A DNA stretch of 58,314 nt, counting the filler, from Sphacelaria rigidula (lineage: Eukaryota): assembly GCA_964200075.2 (NCBI GenBank). It is 4 parts of 4 records of this genome, joined end to end, with 100 filler letters (N's around TTAATTAATTAA, not from the genome) between each part and the next. Parts side by side here need not be neighbours in the genome. Positions count along the whole stretch, not along the records: positions 14,606 to 29,110 come from CAXNAA020002217.1; positions 29,211 to 43,713 come from CAXNAA020002218.1; 2 more parts are not named here. One strand, 5' to 3'. This document shows, one piece after another, positions 25,001 to 37,420 of the stretch (within the stretch, counting starts at the first letter, position 1; the number at the start of each line of letters is the position of its first letter). A program made the translations under genes and the position numbers. Under the pieces are notes generated by a model. The model worked only from the letters and a program-made list of their open reading frames with translations, did no database searches and was not told the DNA's origin.

Positions 25001-28000
25001 GAGAAGTAGAGCGAGATGCTGAATATTAGAGGATGGCATGATAAGTTCCCATGGTGGTGGACGTATGGTCATATGGACATGTAAGCTATTGAAGCTACAT
25101 TTCATGTACTCGGCAGCAGCTGTGGGGGGTACTCACGCTATACGAACGATACGGATTCTACGGAAGGCGCAGTCACATTTCTTGTCAGCGCAAAATTGCG
25201 TTGTTCGAATTCCGCGTTTGCCTTGACGAGTGCGTGACTGCAAAAAATTCCAACCTGGGAAAAGGATGATGATTTTTTCATGTGTCTCTTTCTACTGTTG
25301 GCATGAAAATCAACGACTTCCTCATTTGTTACCAAGAAGGAGACGAAACATGGAGGCGGGGGAACTGTTGCGGAAAATGATGAAAAGCCACGGCCGTACG
25401 AGAGGTTGTGCGAAAATATCACCCCTTGATATGGCACAGTGGGGCATGGGTGACAATGGGAACCAAGCGTTGAGGCCCGAAAGCACGGTCAAAGGGGCTA
25501 GCCGGCTCTTGTCTGATTCCCGGGTGCCAACCTTTGGGAATCCTCTCAGCAGGGAACGAGGGCTTTTTTTTTACATTGAAGAGTATCGAAAATGATTTTC
25601 AATCTTGAGCTGTGAAGCTTTCGTTAGTCAACACAGTTGTTTCTCCATGGCTGCCATGTTCGATTAGAAGCCATGTCGGAAGTGTTCGGGAGATCTATGG
25701 TTCTCCTCGCTAAACCGCTCCTTTGTGAACAGCCTTGCATGTTGGTTGGGTCTTGCGACCAAGTTTTCGCCCAACGGCTGAACTGTAAAAATGAGCGTTG
25801 GTGCATATTTTCTGGGCGCAGTGTACACGCGTGCAGGCAGCAAATCTACGTGACTTCCCGTTCTCATCTTTGGTAAACTGTCAAGCCCTGTAGCTAGCTC
25901 CGTATCGTCTAAATTCAAATTTGAAACGTTAATGAGGGTACGTTCATGACCCTTGCCCTAATTTCCCACATGAAATACTTGGAAACCTGAGAAAAACTAA
26001 CCACGGGTCGGGGGAATCCACTCGCAGATTTTGAGGTTGAATACAGCTTGCACGTCTGCAGCTGGAAAGAAAGCTTTATTAATTTAGTTTGTTTCATTTT
26101 TTGGCCACAATTCCGTCATTCGGCCTACGTGCTGAGCGTGGTACAGGCTCTGCTGCGAACTGTATTTTGCTTTTAAAAATGGAGAACAATGACAAAACAA
26201 ATATCTTTTTTGCTTTTCCGTGGGCGTGGAGGTTTGTCGATTCACAGCACGGGTCATCGTGGGTATTGACCGAGAGCTGTACCCACGTACCTATCCCCTT
26301 TGTCTAAACGCTGTTCAACTTGTTGCTGTCGAGAAAACTGCGGAGCAAATACAACTGTCGGTGTCGATGAGTTGTTGTGTGTTCGGAGCCCTTAACCCTA
26401 ACTTAATGCCCGTTTCGTATGATTGGAGGCGTGAGACGTGGGAACGCCGAAGATCAAAACCCGAGCGCGCCTTGAAATTGCCAGCTGATCGTGAGGGTGA
26501 ATTTTTCGGGCAAATTGCTGGATTTGGCATCCTCAATCTCGTTTCTTCTACATATAGACGAAAACAACTGTACAAACCGGGTTATTACCAGGCAACACAG
26601 AAGCGCTCATCTCTTATTTTTTGCCCTGTCGCGCACGCAGGGCATGGTGGACGTGGTTTCCCGTCGCTGCGATTCCCCCGGCTGCAAGCGGCAGCCCAGC
26701 GGCTCGACGGATGCCAGCAAGGTACAGTTTTGCTCCCTCCACCGCGGTGACGGCCGTGCCGGCTACACACTGCTCATGCTCGCGCGCGAGAGGAACGCCG
26801 CATCGCAGGCACAGGCGCAGGCGCTGGAGAAAACCCAGAAGCGCGCAGGCCGCACGCCTGTGGCCGGCTCGTGGCCAGGGGAGGAAATGGCCTTCTCAGA
26901 GTACCGGCCGAGATGGGACACCGCGTCGTCCGCAAACTCGAGCTTTTCGAGCGGACAACCGACCCCGGGATCCGCCGGCGGTGGTTTTTCCAGTAATCCT
27001 TCCAGTACGGGTAGCTTCTTGAGCGGGCAGCGCGCCAGCACAGGGGGGTTCGGCAACGAACCGGCGTTTCTCAGCGGCAACCGCCGCAATAGCGACGGTG
27101 GTCTGTCCAACGAGCAAAATGCTGTCGGTGTCAAGCCGCCGGGCAGCCCCCAGAAAAAGCAATGGCTCTGGACTAGCCAGGAGATGGCTCGCCGTCCGCC
27201 ACCCATAAAGAATCCTGCAGAGGCCGGGGTATTGGGTATCGCAGGGCGCCCGTCGCCGCCCCTGGACTCAGCTCGCGGAGACAGCCCGAGCAACGATCAC
27301 TGGAACAAGCCGAATTCCGCTCACGCAGTCATGTACCCGCAAGTCAAGCGTCACTGTTCCCCGCAGCGCCGCTCCTTTAGTCACTCCCCAGAGCCTGGAT
27401 CACGCTCGATAATGGGCCTGACTGGCAGCATGGCCGGCCTCCAGGCCTCCTCCCCTGCCTCTCCCAACATGGGCCTTGGGGTGACCCCTACGACCGGGGG
27501 TACGCCATCTCCTGGGGCGATGGGGATCCCAACCCCGCCCGGTTCCTCGGGAGCGTTGCCCCCACCTCACGGTGCACCTCGCCGCAGCGCTCAGCGCCTC
27601 CCGCAACCGCAATTCCAAAACCGCGCAGTTCCACCGCGTAATTCCTCGGGCCCGCCGCGACCTCCGCGATCTCTGTCTCCTGGGAACATGGCCTCGGGGA
27701 GGGGTAACGATGCCTTCTACGGCATTCCCGGGTCTGGCCGGAGCCCGGTAAGCGGCGTAGGCTTCAGCCCCAGCGGCGGGCCATCTACGAGCCCCGGGGG
27801 TGGCATTAGCGGTGTGTTCAGCCCCGGCAGTGGACTCAGCAGCACGACAAATGCTGGCGGCGGGCTCAGCAGCACGAGGAGCGCCGGATCGGCCACAGGT
27901 CCGAGCCCGACCAGGTGGGCGAGCCCCCGCAATCGGGCATTTGGTCACAGTCGCACGCGATCGCAGGGTAGTGTAGCGGATACCCTGGAGGACTTGAGCA

Positions 28001-28629
28001 TTGTGGACCCGGGCCCTCCAACGCTCGAACCGCTTCGAAACGTGGCCGGGGGCCCTCTGCGATCTCCGCGTGATCGCTGGCGCGGAGTACTCCCCGACAG
28101 ACGCAATAGCGAGATCATCTTGCCGCTTCCGGATCGCACACAGCCAGAACCCTCGCCCGGTCCCGCGACAGATGGCATGCGCCGTTCGTTCACCGCCTCG
28201 CTGTTCGACCAGCCCGGCGGAGGGAGGACAAGGCCCGGTGTTCCTGGTATAAGCAAGGACGATATGGATACGGGGGACGGTAGCGGTGGTAGTGGCAATG
28301 TGGGCGGGATCAACACCGGCGACTCCGGCAACGCTACCCTAGGTGGTCAGGGTGTAGGCGGGGGGGGTGATCGGTGGGGAGGGGGGAATGTGTGGAGATC
28401 GACTGGTGGAGATGTCTCGGGTTTTCACATGGCGTCGGCGGCTTTTCGACAGAGCCCATGGCCCCAGCATTTGCAGACAAGGACTGCAGATGACGGCGCC
28501 GACGCGCACGTGGAAGCAAAGGAGACGAGGAGGGGATCGCATGTATCTGTCGGCACGTTGCCCCTGACCTCATCAGAATCGATCGGAGATCGCGAAGGTG
28601 GTGTGTTTTTTTCGGCGGGCGAGCCATAA
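19081..28629 (+). CDS. EsV-1-7 repeat (C-X4-C-X15-C-X2-H x5) protein with long Ser/Pro/Gly-rich C-terminal tail; first exon not resolved
   Basis: Exons: 19081-19162, 19619-19710, 21058-21187, 22292-22408, 26641-28629. All are cag/gt bounded and phase-compatible, giving about 803 aa or more. There are five 37-aa repeats, e.g. RCEEPECRRRPLYGHEGEKGRFCSYHKSEGMVDVVNK, with the GMVDV linker typical of EsV-1-7. The last exon is a GC-rich 1989-nt ORF ending in TAA. Confidence 0.88.
21391..21562. repeat. Two-copy tandem duplication (~85-88 bp unit), intronic
   Basis: The unit catgacaaa...ccgaggattgtttgg...gtaccggagatcccggcggttccgt occurs at 21391 and again at 21479 with few differences. Confidence 0.9.
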
Positions 28630-29110
28630 ACAAGGAAGTTTTAGGCTGCCCCGAGTGAGAAAAGACGAAAGAGTGGGAGATGACAGATGGGGCCCGACGC
28701 AATTTTGTGAGCGTTGTGTTGCCTTTTTTCTCATCGGCTCATTTTTTTCCCCGTGATGAGTCAGGAGAGTGCGGGGAGGGGTGATTTTGGCAGGTGGTGG
28801 TCACTCCGCTGGTTTGTCTTTCTTGGAGTGATATCGTTGGTTACATACATGAATACATACACAAGGGCAGGAAGCGGTAGGCGTGGCTGCAGGTGCCGCA
28901 TGTGTTGCAAGTTACGCGTGTGCTGAGTGAAATCGCGTGTCGTGTGAAGTCAGAAGCGCAAGCGGCGGCCGATAGTGACGTCGTGTTTGTTGGTGCATAT
29001 AAGGGGTGACCGAAGTGCTTTTCTCGTTTTTTTTTTTAATGTGATCGTCTCGTGTATGTTTGCCGGGGCTTTCGAGGTGGTGGCAGTCCCCCCCGGCCCC
29101 CCCGCCCGCC

Positions 29111-29210
29111 NNNNNNNNNNNNNNNNNNNNNNNNNNNNNNNNNNNNNNNNNNNNTTAATTAATTAANNNNNNNNNNNNNNNNNNNNNNNNNNNNNNNNNN
29201 NNNNNNNNNN
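29111..29210. other. Artificial contig linker (N44-TTAATTAATTAA-N44)
   Basis: Identical 100-nt spacer. Confidence 0.97.
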
Positions 29211-32199
29211 GTTGTGTTTTCGAAAAACATCAACGAGTGCACTCGTCTCGACGAGTGATGGCTCGTCCGACGTATGGTAATTTCCAACACAATGCACAGC
29301 GTTATACTCCCGTCGAGGATTGAGATAAATTAAACAGCCAGCTCATCGCCGTCTATGAAAGTTACAACGCGCACTAAAATACTCAAAATATGTCGGTTAA
29401 AAAAAACATGTTCGAGCGTACGTGAGGGGCAAAACATCGATCCAATTCCTGCCAAAAAAAGCTGCGCACTCCGGGCTCGCCCGGCCAGATGCGCAAGGAC
29501 ACGGGGAAAGCCATCAAGGAGGGTCCATGAAAAGTCGTGGCCAATCAATGCGTAAAGGCTAGATCTCAGACTTCTGGAACCACCCCAAAAGTGTATCAAC
29601 CGTAAATTGGACGGTTTCAGTTTGTTTTCTGCTGGGGCCAGTCTTTCACTACGTGCCGAATTTCATTCGAGTGTATCATATTGCATCCAAAGCGAAACTG
29701 AACCTTCGGGGTATGTTTCCTTGCGAGTCCCTGAGGTCTTCGGGGGTTTGTGGAATCTGTGAAGGGGGCTGTGAAAAGCCTTCCTCTCATGACCCAGACA
29801 TAACACATAATGACCAAGACGCTCCGCAACGAGCACGTCACTGGTGAAGGGAATGTAAAAAGACCTTTGGAAATTAAAAAATAGTCAGCACTCCGTTTAT
29901 TGTTATATTTCTTCGGCGAAGCCTTCTCAACACGAGAATCGGAAAGATGGCACATAAACTCATGTACCCACTCTCCTGTCTCTCCCTCTTTCGACTCATC
30001 ACCCGAAAGAAAAAAAATCGAAGAAACGGTAGCCAGGCAGCATATACCGACCGCAGCTAACCAAGGTTTGTCGTGACAGGACAGGACATCACTGAGCCCA
30101 CCCCAGCCGTTCCCCTTATGAAGCCTCGACAACACAACCCTTCAGCCTCGCTTGGGTGGAGCAGCGCCGTTCTCCACCATTAATAGGCAAACGGGGTCAC
30201 CACGAGTGTGTGCTGTGCTACTTCTGGTGCGTCGTGGCTGCAGAGCGTGCCAGCGATAGCCTCATGCCCGGAAAACGGCTCTTGTTGGAGGAACACATCA
30301 AGCCTGCGTTTGTAGACGAGGGAGCAGCATCGGAACATTGGTGAGAACGCCAAACTGAACGCAATTCACGAATCTTCGAAGGCGAAACGATCAAGAGTGA
30401 TCCGATGCTATGCATATTTTCGGAGAGATGGCGTCGTACTCGCCCCGACTAACTCTCACGACATCTCATGAATTTACGGATTTCCCCCCTATACGCTGTA
30501 CAAGCTCTAGACTTGTCGAAGATGTCTTCAAGGAGTTCATGAGGGTCTGTCTGCCCTCCACTTATCAGTTTCATCCGTGCTGCTGACGTCACTTGATAAC
30601 ATCCACCACAACCGTAGGTCACATTTAAGCCGACAGAGTAAAAAGTTTTCGCCCTTTCTACCCTCAGTCCGAGTTACATTTGAATGTAACTGCAGTTGGC
30701 CCATCTTTCCATATCAGCGAGCAGTAGATTCACCTTGATTCCGAGAGGTCGAGACTCATTTCCTCTCCATGTCCAATGGGCTATTTCATCTTTCCCCCCT
30801 AACCGCAATGCTGGCATGACATGAGTAGGGTTGGGTCTGCACTATACAGGTGCTTGATTCTACACTGACTCGTCATTTCACATGCGCGTACATTGTCAAA
30901 GCACACCCGAACAGATCTGCCGTTCAGTCCGAATTATTTAGACGGTGCTCTTTGCTCGATACGCAGCTGGGAGGAGCAACACGGCAATTCGGAGGACTGC
31001 CATTTCCATAAATTCGTGAAATCTACCTTGTACCATGATCTTGCATGTCGTAGTCATACGACCATTGACCTCCCATGCCTCCAAAGTCGGGATGAAGCAC
31101 ACCTGGCTATCGCGGGACCCAGGCTCGCAATCAATCGCCAAGCGCCGTCAAGTATTCGGCAAGTCGCATGAAGCGTGACCGGCATTCTGAAAAACTGTTC
31201 GGCCCGAAGCGTGCCTATTATCTTGATTTATTTTCTAGTGTCGTTACTTCCAGGGGCAGCCTCGAGTTCGACGCTGCGTCATGGCTGTATCACCAATCAA
31301 CTGCCATTCGAGGTGAGAAATCTGCGAAAACGTGAGCCATATCCTGAAGATGATGGCCACTAACCACAATCACCCGACACGCCATTCCTTGGTTTGAGGT
31401 GCGTACAGCTCATCATTCCCAGCGACCATATATACCTGCGGCTACCGAACGATGGCTGCACACAACCACGTGCAGTAGACATATGTAACGTGCCTACGGA
31501 GGCGAGGCATGGTGATGTTATTTCATATATACGGACCATACCCGACATCTTTCCCCTTCTTACTCGTTCTCGGATTATGACAAATGGATACATGCACGTC
31601 GATTGTTTCAGCTGATGAAACAGGACAAAGCCTTCCATCTTACCCTGTTGCTGATCTTGGGTGCGGTCTTGCCCTCCTGGAACTGGTTCTTGAACCGGCG
31701 GGGGAGGGTCTTCATGTGCCTGTTCAAACACGTCAAGAGGGGCCATGCGTTGGTGGGAAACAAAGCAGTCAATTGACAAGTTTGCAGAACAGAGCGAACC
31801 GCCCGAAACACCCCAGAAAGTACGAAGGCCTGCGCACGAGCGATTCAAGTCTTCAAGGGCAGGTTGAATAGAGTGTACTCAACTCTCAGTTTTTCTGAAG
31901 AGTCATACTTTTGGTACTCAAAATTCAAATGGAGTATTTGAGGTCGTATAGAACACTCAAAATTCGCCTCGAGTATTCGCGGTCATGCTCCATCTACCCT
32001 CAAGTTGGATAGAGTATTTTGAGGCCCAACCTGACGTACCGAAAACCTATAACTTCAACCTCAGTATTCAAGTTCGCATGCGAGGAAATACCGAGGTATT
32101 GTCAGAGTCCTCCATCCATCATGAGTGCTAAATTCACGGCGCCAGCATATCGAAGGCGTTGCGAGGTATCAAGAATGTTCCGCCGTGCGTGGGGGCTGG

Positions 32200-32700
32200 T
32201 AAATTGGATCACTGTTTATTCACCACATGCTTTTATTTAAATTCCTTCATGGCCATAATTCGGCCATACTTTTTGTGGCCAGTCATGTAAGTGACGCCAC
32301 CCATGTATTCAACGTAGTCTGTTGAGGGACTTCACGAAGTCGCAGACGGTCACGGATACTCACCATTCCCACGTGATAATGTAAACTCCAGTAATACTGA
32401 CAGTACTGAATGTTTCACATCATAAAAATGATATGTGTTCATCATTCACAATTACACTTTTTGCGTTTCGTCGAAATGAGGACCATAGATATATTTTTAC
32501 AGGTTTGACGCAGAGGCCGGGCGCTTTCTTCCTGGCTTTTCCAACAGGGGACACAGCTTCTCTTGAAAAACGGGAGATAGACATCCCATCCGTCAAGTCA
32601 AACGCATTCCATTTGACGCACAGTCGGCACTTCAAATGGACATATCCAAGAAAGGAGACGATGGTGTCAATTGGCTCATGACACGGAATGATGGTCCCAC
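32200..32700 (-). pseudogene. Degenerate piggyBac-like transposase fragment
   Basis: The minus strand near 32290-32330 reads DYVEYMGGV, resembling the piggyBac YNxxMGGVD catalytic motif. Surrounding frames have stops and frameshifts, and the boundaries are approximate. Confidence 0.35.
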
Positions 32701-33765
32701 GATCGAATGCTTGAACTTTTCGTTATGCATTTGCCAGTAAGTCGTTTGTTCCGGAAAAATATTAGTTACAAGGTTGTGTTTTGGAGGGTACACCCGCTAA
32801 AATTCGGATATTCGGTAAAGTTCAAATGTTGGAGTGTGGAAAAATATCCTTCGAAACCAAACCAGATTGTTCTGTACGCATTCCGGTATGTCAGTCAACA
32901 GTGTCTCACTTTCGGCTACACCCTTTAGAACACACTCTTGAAATACCGCAGACGATCACAAATGTATGTCGGACACTTGATTTTTCAACGATGAATTCAG
33001 AACAGACTCTTGTTCCACGGGGACGATTTCCGTCACAGATGTATGCTCACCTCATGCGACCTGTCCCCTGTGTGCGGCGGCGCTTCGCCTTCTCGCTCCA
33101 GTTGACTGAAACACGAAAACAACAGGCGTAACGCGATTAAGACCCGTCATCATCAGATCATGCAGCAAGTCGGAAACCTCTACATGTCTAACGCACGGAA
33201 CAATGTCAGAGGAGTGTGATTACAACAACTTGACTGTGTACCCGGAAATCACGTAACTGATTGATCAAGGGGTGGGAGTATAGATTTTTGGCTCCGAAAG
33301 GCTCCACACTTTTACAATTTCTCGTCAAACTTCCAACCCCTCCCCTGCCTCTGGGACGACTCCGTGGTCACAGGTGACGAGGGATGAACAAACGGTACAC
33401 GCCCCGTATTTTGGTAAAGCGGATTGGAATAGTACAACCGCACCATGTCGACACTAAATAAATAGGTGTTTCCTGCTACTCAGGTCCCCACGTTATCACC
33501 GAAAAAAACTGAGAGGTTTATCGAAGAAAACAACTAGCATTTTTCAGCCTCCAGACGATCAGTTGTACCAATTAGACTAACGGGGGCGGTCATATCAGCG
33601 TAACAGTCATGATTGGACAGCAACCGTTGTTGACCCTACAACAATCGATAACACCGCAAAAATAGGGCGTCAGTGCGTCCGAGGTTGGGCCACGCGAATA
33701 GACGGTACACCTCCCAGTGGAAGCGGCCTTCGAACGTATACTCCAATTGACATGTTTTCGGAACA

Positions 33766-33862
33766 TGGAGGTGGGGGGGCGTACTCATTTGTTGCTTGCC
33801 TTAGTCGTTTGATCATTGACCACGCATCCCTTTCGAGATGAGCACCGTTCCTACTCCTAACA
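33766..33862 (-). repeat. Dispersed repeat family E
   Basis: Reverse complement of 38455-38560 (ctcatttgttgcttgccttagtcgtttgatcattgaccacgcatccctttcgaga). Confidence 0.75.
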
Positions 33863-36687
33863 GAGACACCTCCAACATTCTGAGGGGGTGGGGGGGGGGA
33901 GTCATAGACCATTAACCTTGCGATCAATCACCAAAATCACCAGGCGCTGCAGTGTGTTCGGCGAGTGCCACAAAGTGAGCTGCGTCCCGTACAAAGGTTG
34001 TTCAGCCTACTCATTATCTTGCATTTGGATAACAGCCTACGATGACTTTTTCTTCACTTTCTGGTATCGCCACTTCTAGAGACAGCAACGGCTCACACAC
34101 TGCCTCATGCATGTCTCACCGTTCAAACACTACGTGGTATGACCATCTCCTCTGTGCGGAGTTGACGTTCTCTCACGCCGCAAAACATGGATCTAGCTCG
34201 ACTACCGTCATTGTTACGGCAACAAACGGTAACCTGGTTCCCTAGCTTACGCAGTGAGTGGCGTGCTCAACAGCGTCATTGCCAACCAACGCTGCTCCCA
34301 TCTGGGGTCCCTGGGGATCTGTTACCATGGTCTGGGGGGGAGGGGGGGTTCAAGTGCGTGGAGAGTGCGACCTGCATTCAAGCCCGCCGCGTGCTACCGC
34401 AAAATGGAACAAGCGATGGGAAAATCACTCACAGCGGCGCATCTTGGCGGCCGGGTATCCACACGAAGAGCAAACCTTCTTCTGCTTGTGGAACGACGTG
34501 CGACCGCACCGCCGGCAGGCCGTATGGGTCTTGTTATGCCTCTTACCGAACGAGGCCGTACCCTTCGTCTGTCAGGTTGAAGTTGCATGAAGCATTTCAA
34601 CACGGGATGCGGTTGGGGAGGAGGCAAGGCCGAGCGAGCCGGGAACGTATGTCTGAGCATTAGCTGGGGGATTAAGTTGACAATCCGTTGCGAGTATATC
34701 AATGCGACCAGTGTTGGATTGGGCATGTTACGTGAAAAATACGACCGCTCTGAAGGGGTTCGCCTTGAAATACAAGCCACGACGTTTTTAGCTCAAAAGA
34801 GTGCGCGGGGGGAGGGAAATGCGAGGATATATATTTCACCACCTACCCTTGCGCTGAAGAGTGATTATGCTTTGCACGATGACGAGCAAGATTTGGGACA
34901 ACCACCATCCACTTGCACGTTGCAGACTGTGGAAACGCATGCTTAGGAACTCGGGAACTCAGCAGGCGCAGATTGGCGTTTCTTTTTTCCAAACCCACAC
35001 CGAAAAGCCCCGTGTAAGCCTCAACTTGGTCAAGCGGGTCGAAATACTTGAAATTCAAGAAATTGAGCTGGCCAGCAAAAATACGCATGTTCACAGACAA
35101 CTCTCCATGTTTCGCGTAGCTCCGCGCCGGTTTCCTCGAAGGTCATTTCCAGAACCTACCAGAGGCCATGGTGGAAGAGGACTTGATTTTGGTAGGAAAA
35201 ATCGAGCGGAGTGTGTGCCGCATTGTAGGATGTATCTGACCCCTTCAACCTCCCACCCCCTTCCAGGTTGCCATGATCAATCAAGGCTTGGGATCTGTTC
35301 TATCCTAGCGGTAAATAATTCCTCTTTGTCCGAACAGGTGCATGATGAGCTTCAGTAGATGAAAGCAAGGGCACGATCATGCCTGACCATCTTCTGTAAT
35401 CTCAGCCGTACAGCGGCTGTATACAAGCAGTAGGCTTCATACTCGTTGTAATACAACTCTCAACTCTTGACAACAGAGAGCCAGTAGGCGCGTCGCAGAG
35501 GTTACTGTTCAAAGGGTCAACTACAGCTCCAACTCCGGGCGATTTGTGGGGAAATATGGTTGATCATTTCTTTGATCAGAACGACTGAATTCATGTCTTG
35601 ACTCCTTTCCGGGGTGCTCCCCGATCTTGAATTTTCATGATGACACGCAGGGTTGATCCTGGATGCATTCGCTCCCGGTCAGAAACATCACTTAAACCAT
35701 TGAAATTTTTATTCGTTGATATCGTTCCGAAACTATGTTGAAACTTGGGGGCTAGCTTGTGCGATTGCTCACTGTAGCGAACAGGCAAAGCCATGAATGG
35801 GCCCGTTGTTTCGTCTGGTACTTTCGCAACACCCGCTCAAAGTTCATAATGCCTCGGCACACGTTTTAGCGACCACGTTTGTTTGTCAGACTGCAACCGC
35901 CGTGTCTGATTAATGATATGATTAGCTCCCGAGATTTGTTCGTGGCGCGTGGTGAGGAGATTAGATAAGCGATTCACGCAGCACATCGTGAAGAGTTGAA
36001 ACATGAGGAAATCTCAGCGATCTTGGTGGAATACTGTCGTCATCCCGGGAAGGTCGAGAGTAGCAAATATATACTTGCATCATTGATTGCCCCCTGTTTC
36101 ACTTGACGACCAACATAAGACAAAGCAACAATGAGCTACCTCCAATACCGGGGTCAGCGGCGTCTTTGGATGATGGGATAATTGCAATATAGCCGATACA
36201 ATCGGACGGGGAACATCGAGCCGACTACATAAACTCAGGTTGCCTCGTGAATCGCTGGACTTCCGCAGCATGTCACTCGGTGTTCCAAAACATGGGTGCA
36301 AAGGGATGATGACATCGTTCAACGAGTAAGGAGATTCTCCATGCTGTATTGCTCCTCTCAAATTTCGCAGACTTGCGGGTCTGCTTGCCCACTCCGGGGG
36401 CCGATCGATGCGGCCAGTGCAACAACGGCGATAAAAATTTCAGTGTACACACGCCTAAGGCACCGGATCTTGCGGTGTTAATATCACTTCTTGCCTCCGT
36501 ATCGTGCCTTGATTGAAATTTTCATTTCTGTTTGATTGAGTTACAGGTCATTTTGGGTAGTGAGCGAGCCTGTTATCACGTAATGCATCCGCATCAGCTG
36601 CGAAGGACGAAACTAAGGAAGTACTGGGCAGATGTCGGAACGGTTTTTGATGTGTAGGCATCAAGTACTTGACGTACCGTAACCGAC

Positions 36688-37420
36688 ATGGGCAATGTTG
36701 ACAGAAAACGGGAGGTGATCATTTTTTACTGCAGTGGTAGACCCACAGCCATGCTGACAACTTGCAGACACGGCACCTGGATGGCCTACTTCGACCAGTG
36801 CTGTACGCTCCTCAAGAAGCACAAAATGTTCCAATGTTGTGCTCCATCTTACAGTATAGTTCCTGTTTACACCGTGGGCAGTGACTACTGTGGCTGTGGC
36901 CACGTGCTTTTGAGTTCAAGCTTCAGCAAGTGTCGAGAAACGCACTTTGCACATGTCATCGCGACCTGTTGACAACAAGAAGCGTGCTCGATACTCGGCA
37001 CAGGTCTACGAAACCCACAATTGCGATGCAGGCTGGTGTTCACCAATGTAGGAAGCGGCACGCCACGTTAATAGAGGACACAACCCAGTACCTTCCACAC
37101 TGTAGTGCTTGCTTGGTTGCCGCAAGCCCTACCGTGTTGGCCGAGGTGATACAGACTGAGATGGACTTCTTCTCTTGGCCGGGTGTCAGCGCAACACGCA
37201 AAAAAGATACCAACACGTAGGCAAACGTCTCAGCACGCACGACTGCTCGGCAACAGTACCATCCACCTGAAGATCGATTTTTATGCCAACTTGCAGAAAC
37301 ATTCACGAGTATCGCGTTCACATCGATGGGCATCATACCCACAAAGACCAAACGTCTGATCACTCGCGTGCCTGCTGGTTGGAACAAGCTACACAACACT
37401 GGTCCATTTGACAGAGCTAG
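36688..37420 (+). pseudogene. Possible degenerate DNA-transposon ORF (DUF7869/Sola-like)
   Basis: Fragments SSFSKCRETHFAHVI, HATLIEDTTQY...AASPTVLAEVIQTEMDFFSWP and LLVGT occur in an order reminiscent of DUF7869/Sola-type motifs, broken by stops and frameshifts. This is a resemblance by eye only. Confidence 0.3.

Noticed and set aside
19081..28629. EsV-1-7 gene as an integrated phaeovirus/NCLDV segment
   Set aside because: The gene has long spliceosomal introns and no neighbouring intronless viral core genes, so it looks like a host gene.
26585..28702. Multiple overlapping antisense and alternative-frame ORFs
   Set aside because: They are shadow ORFs of the GC-rich last exon of the EsV-1-7 gene.
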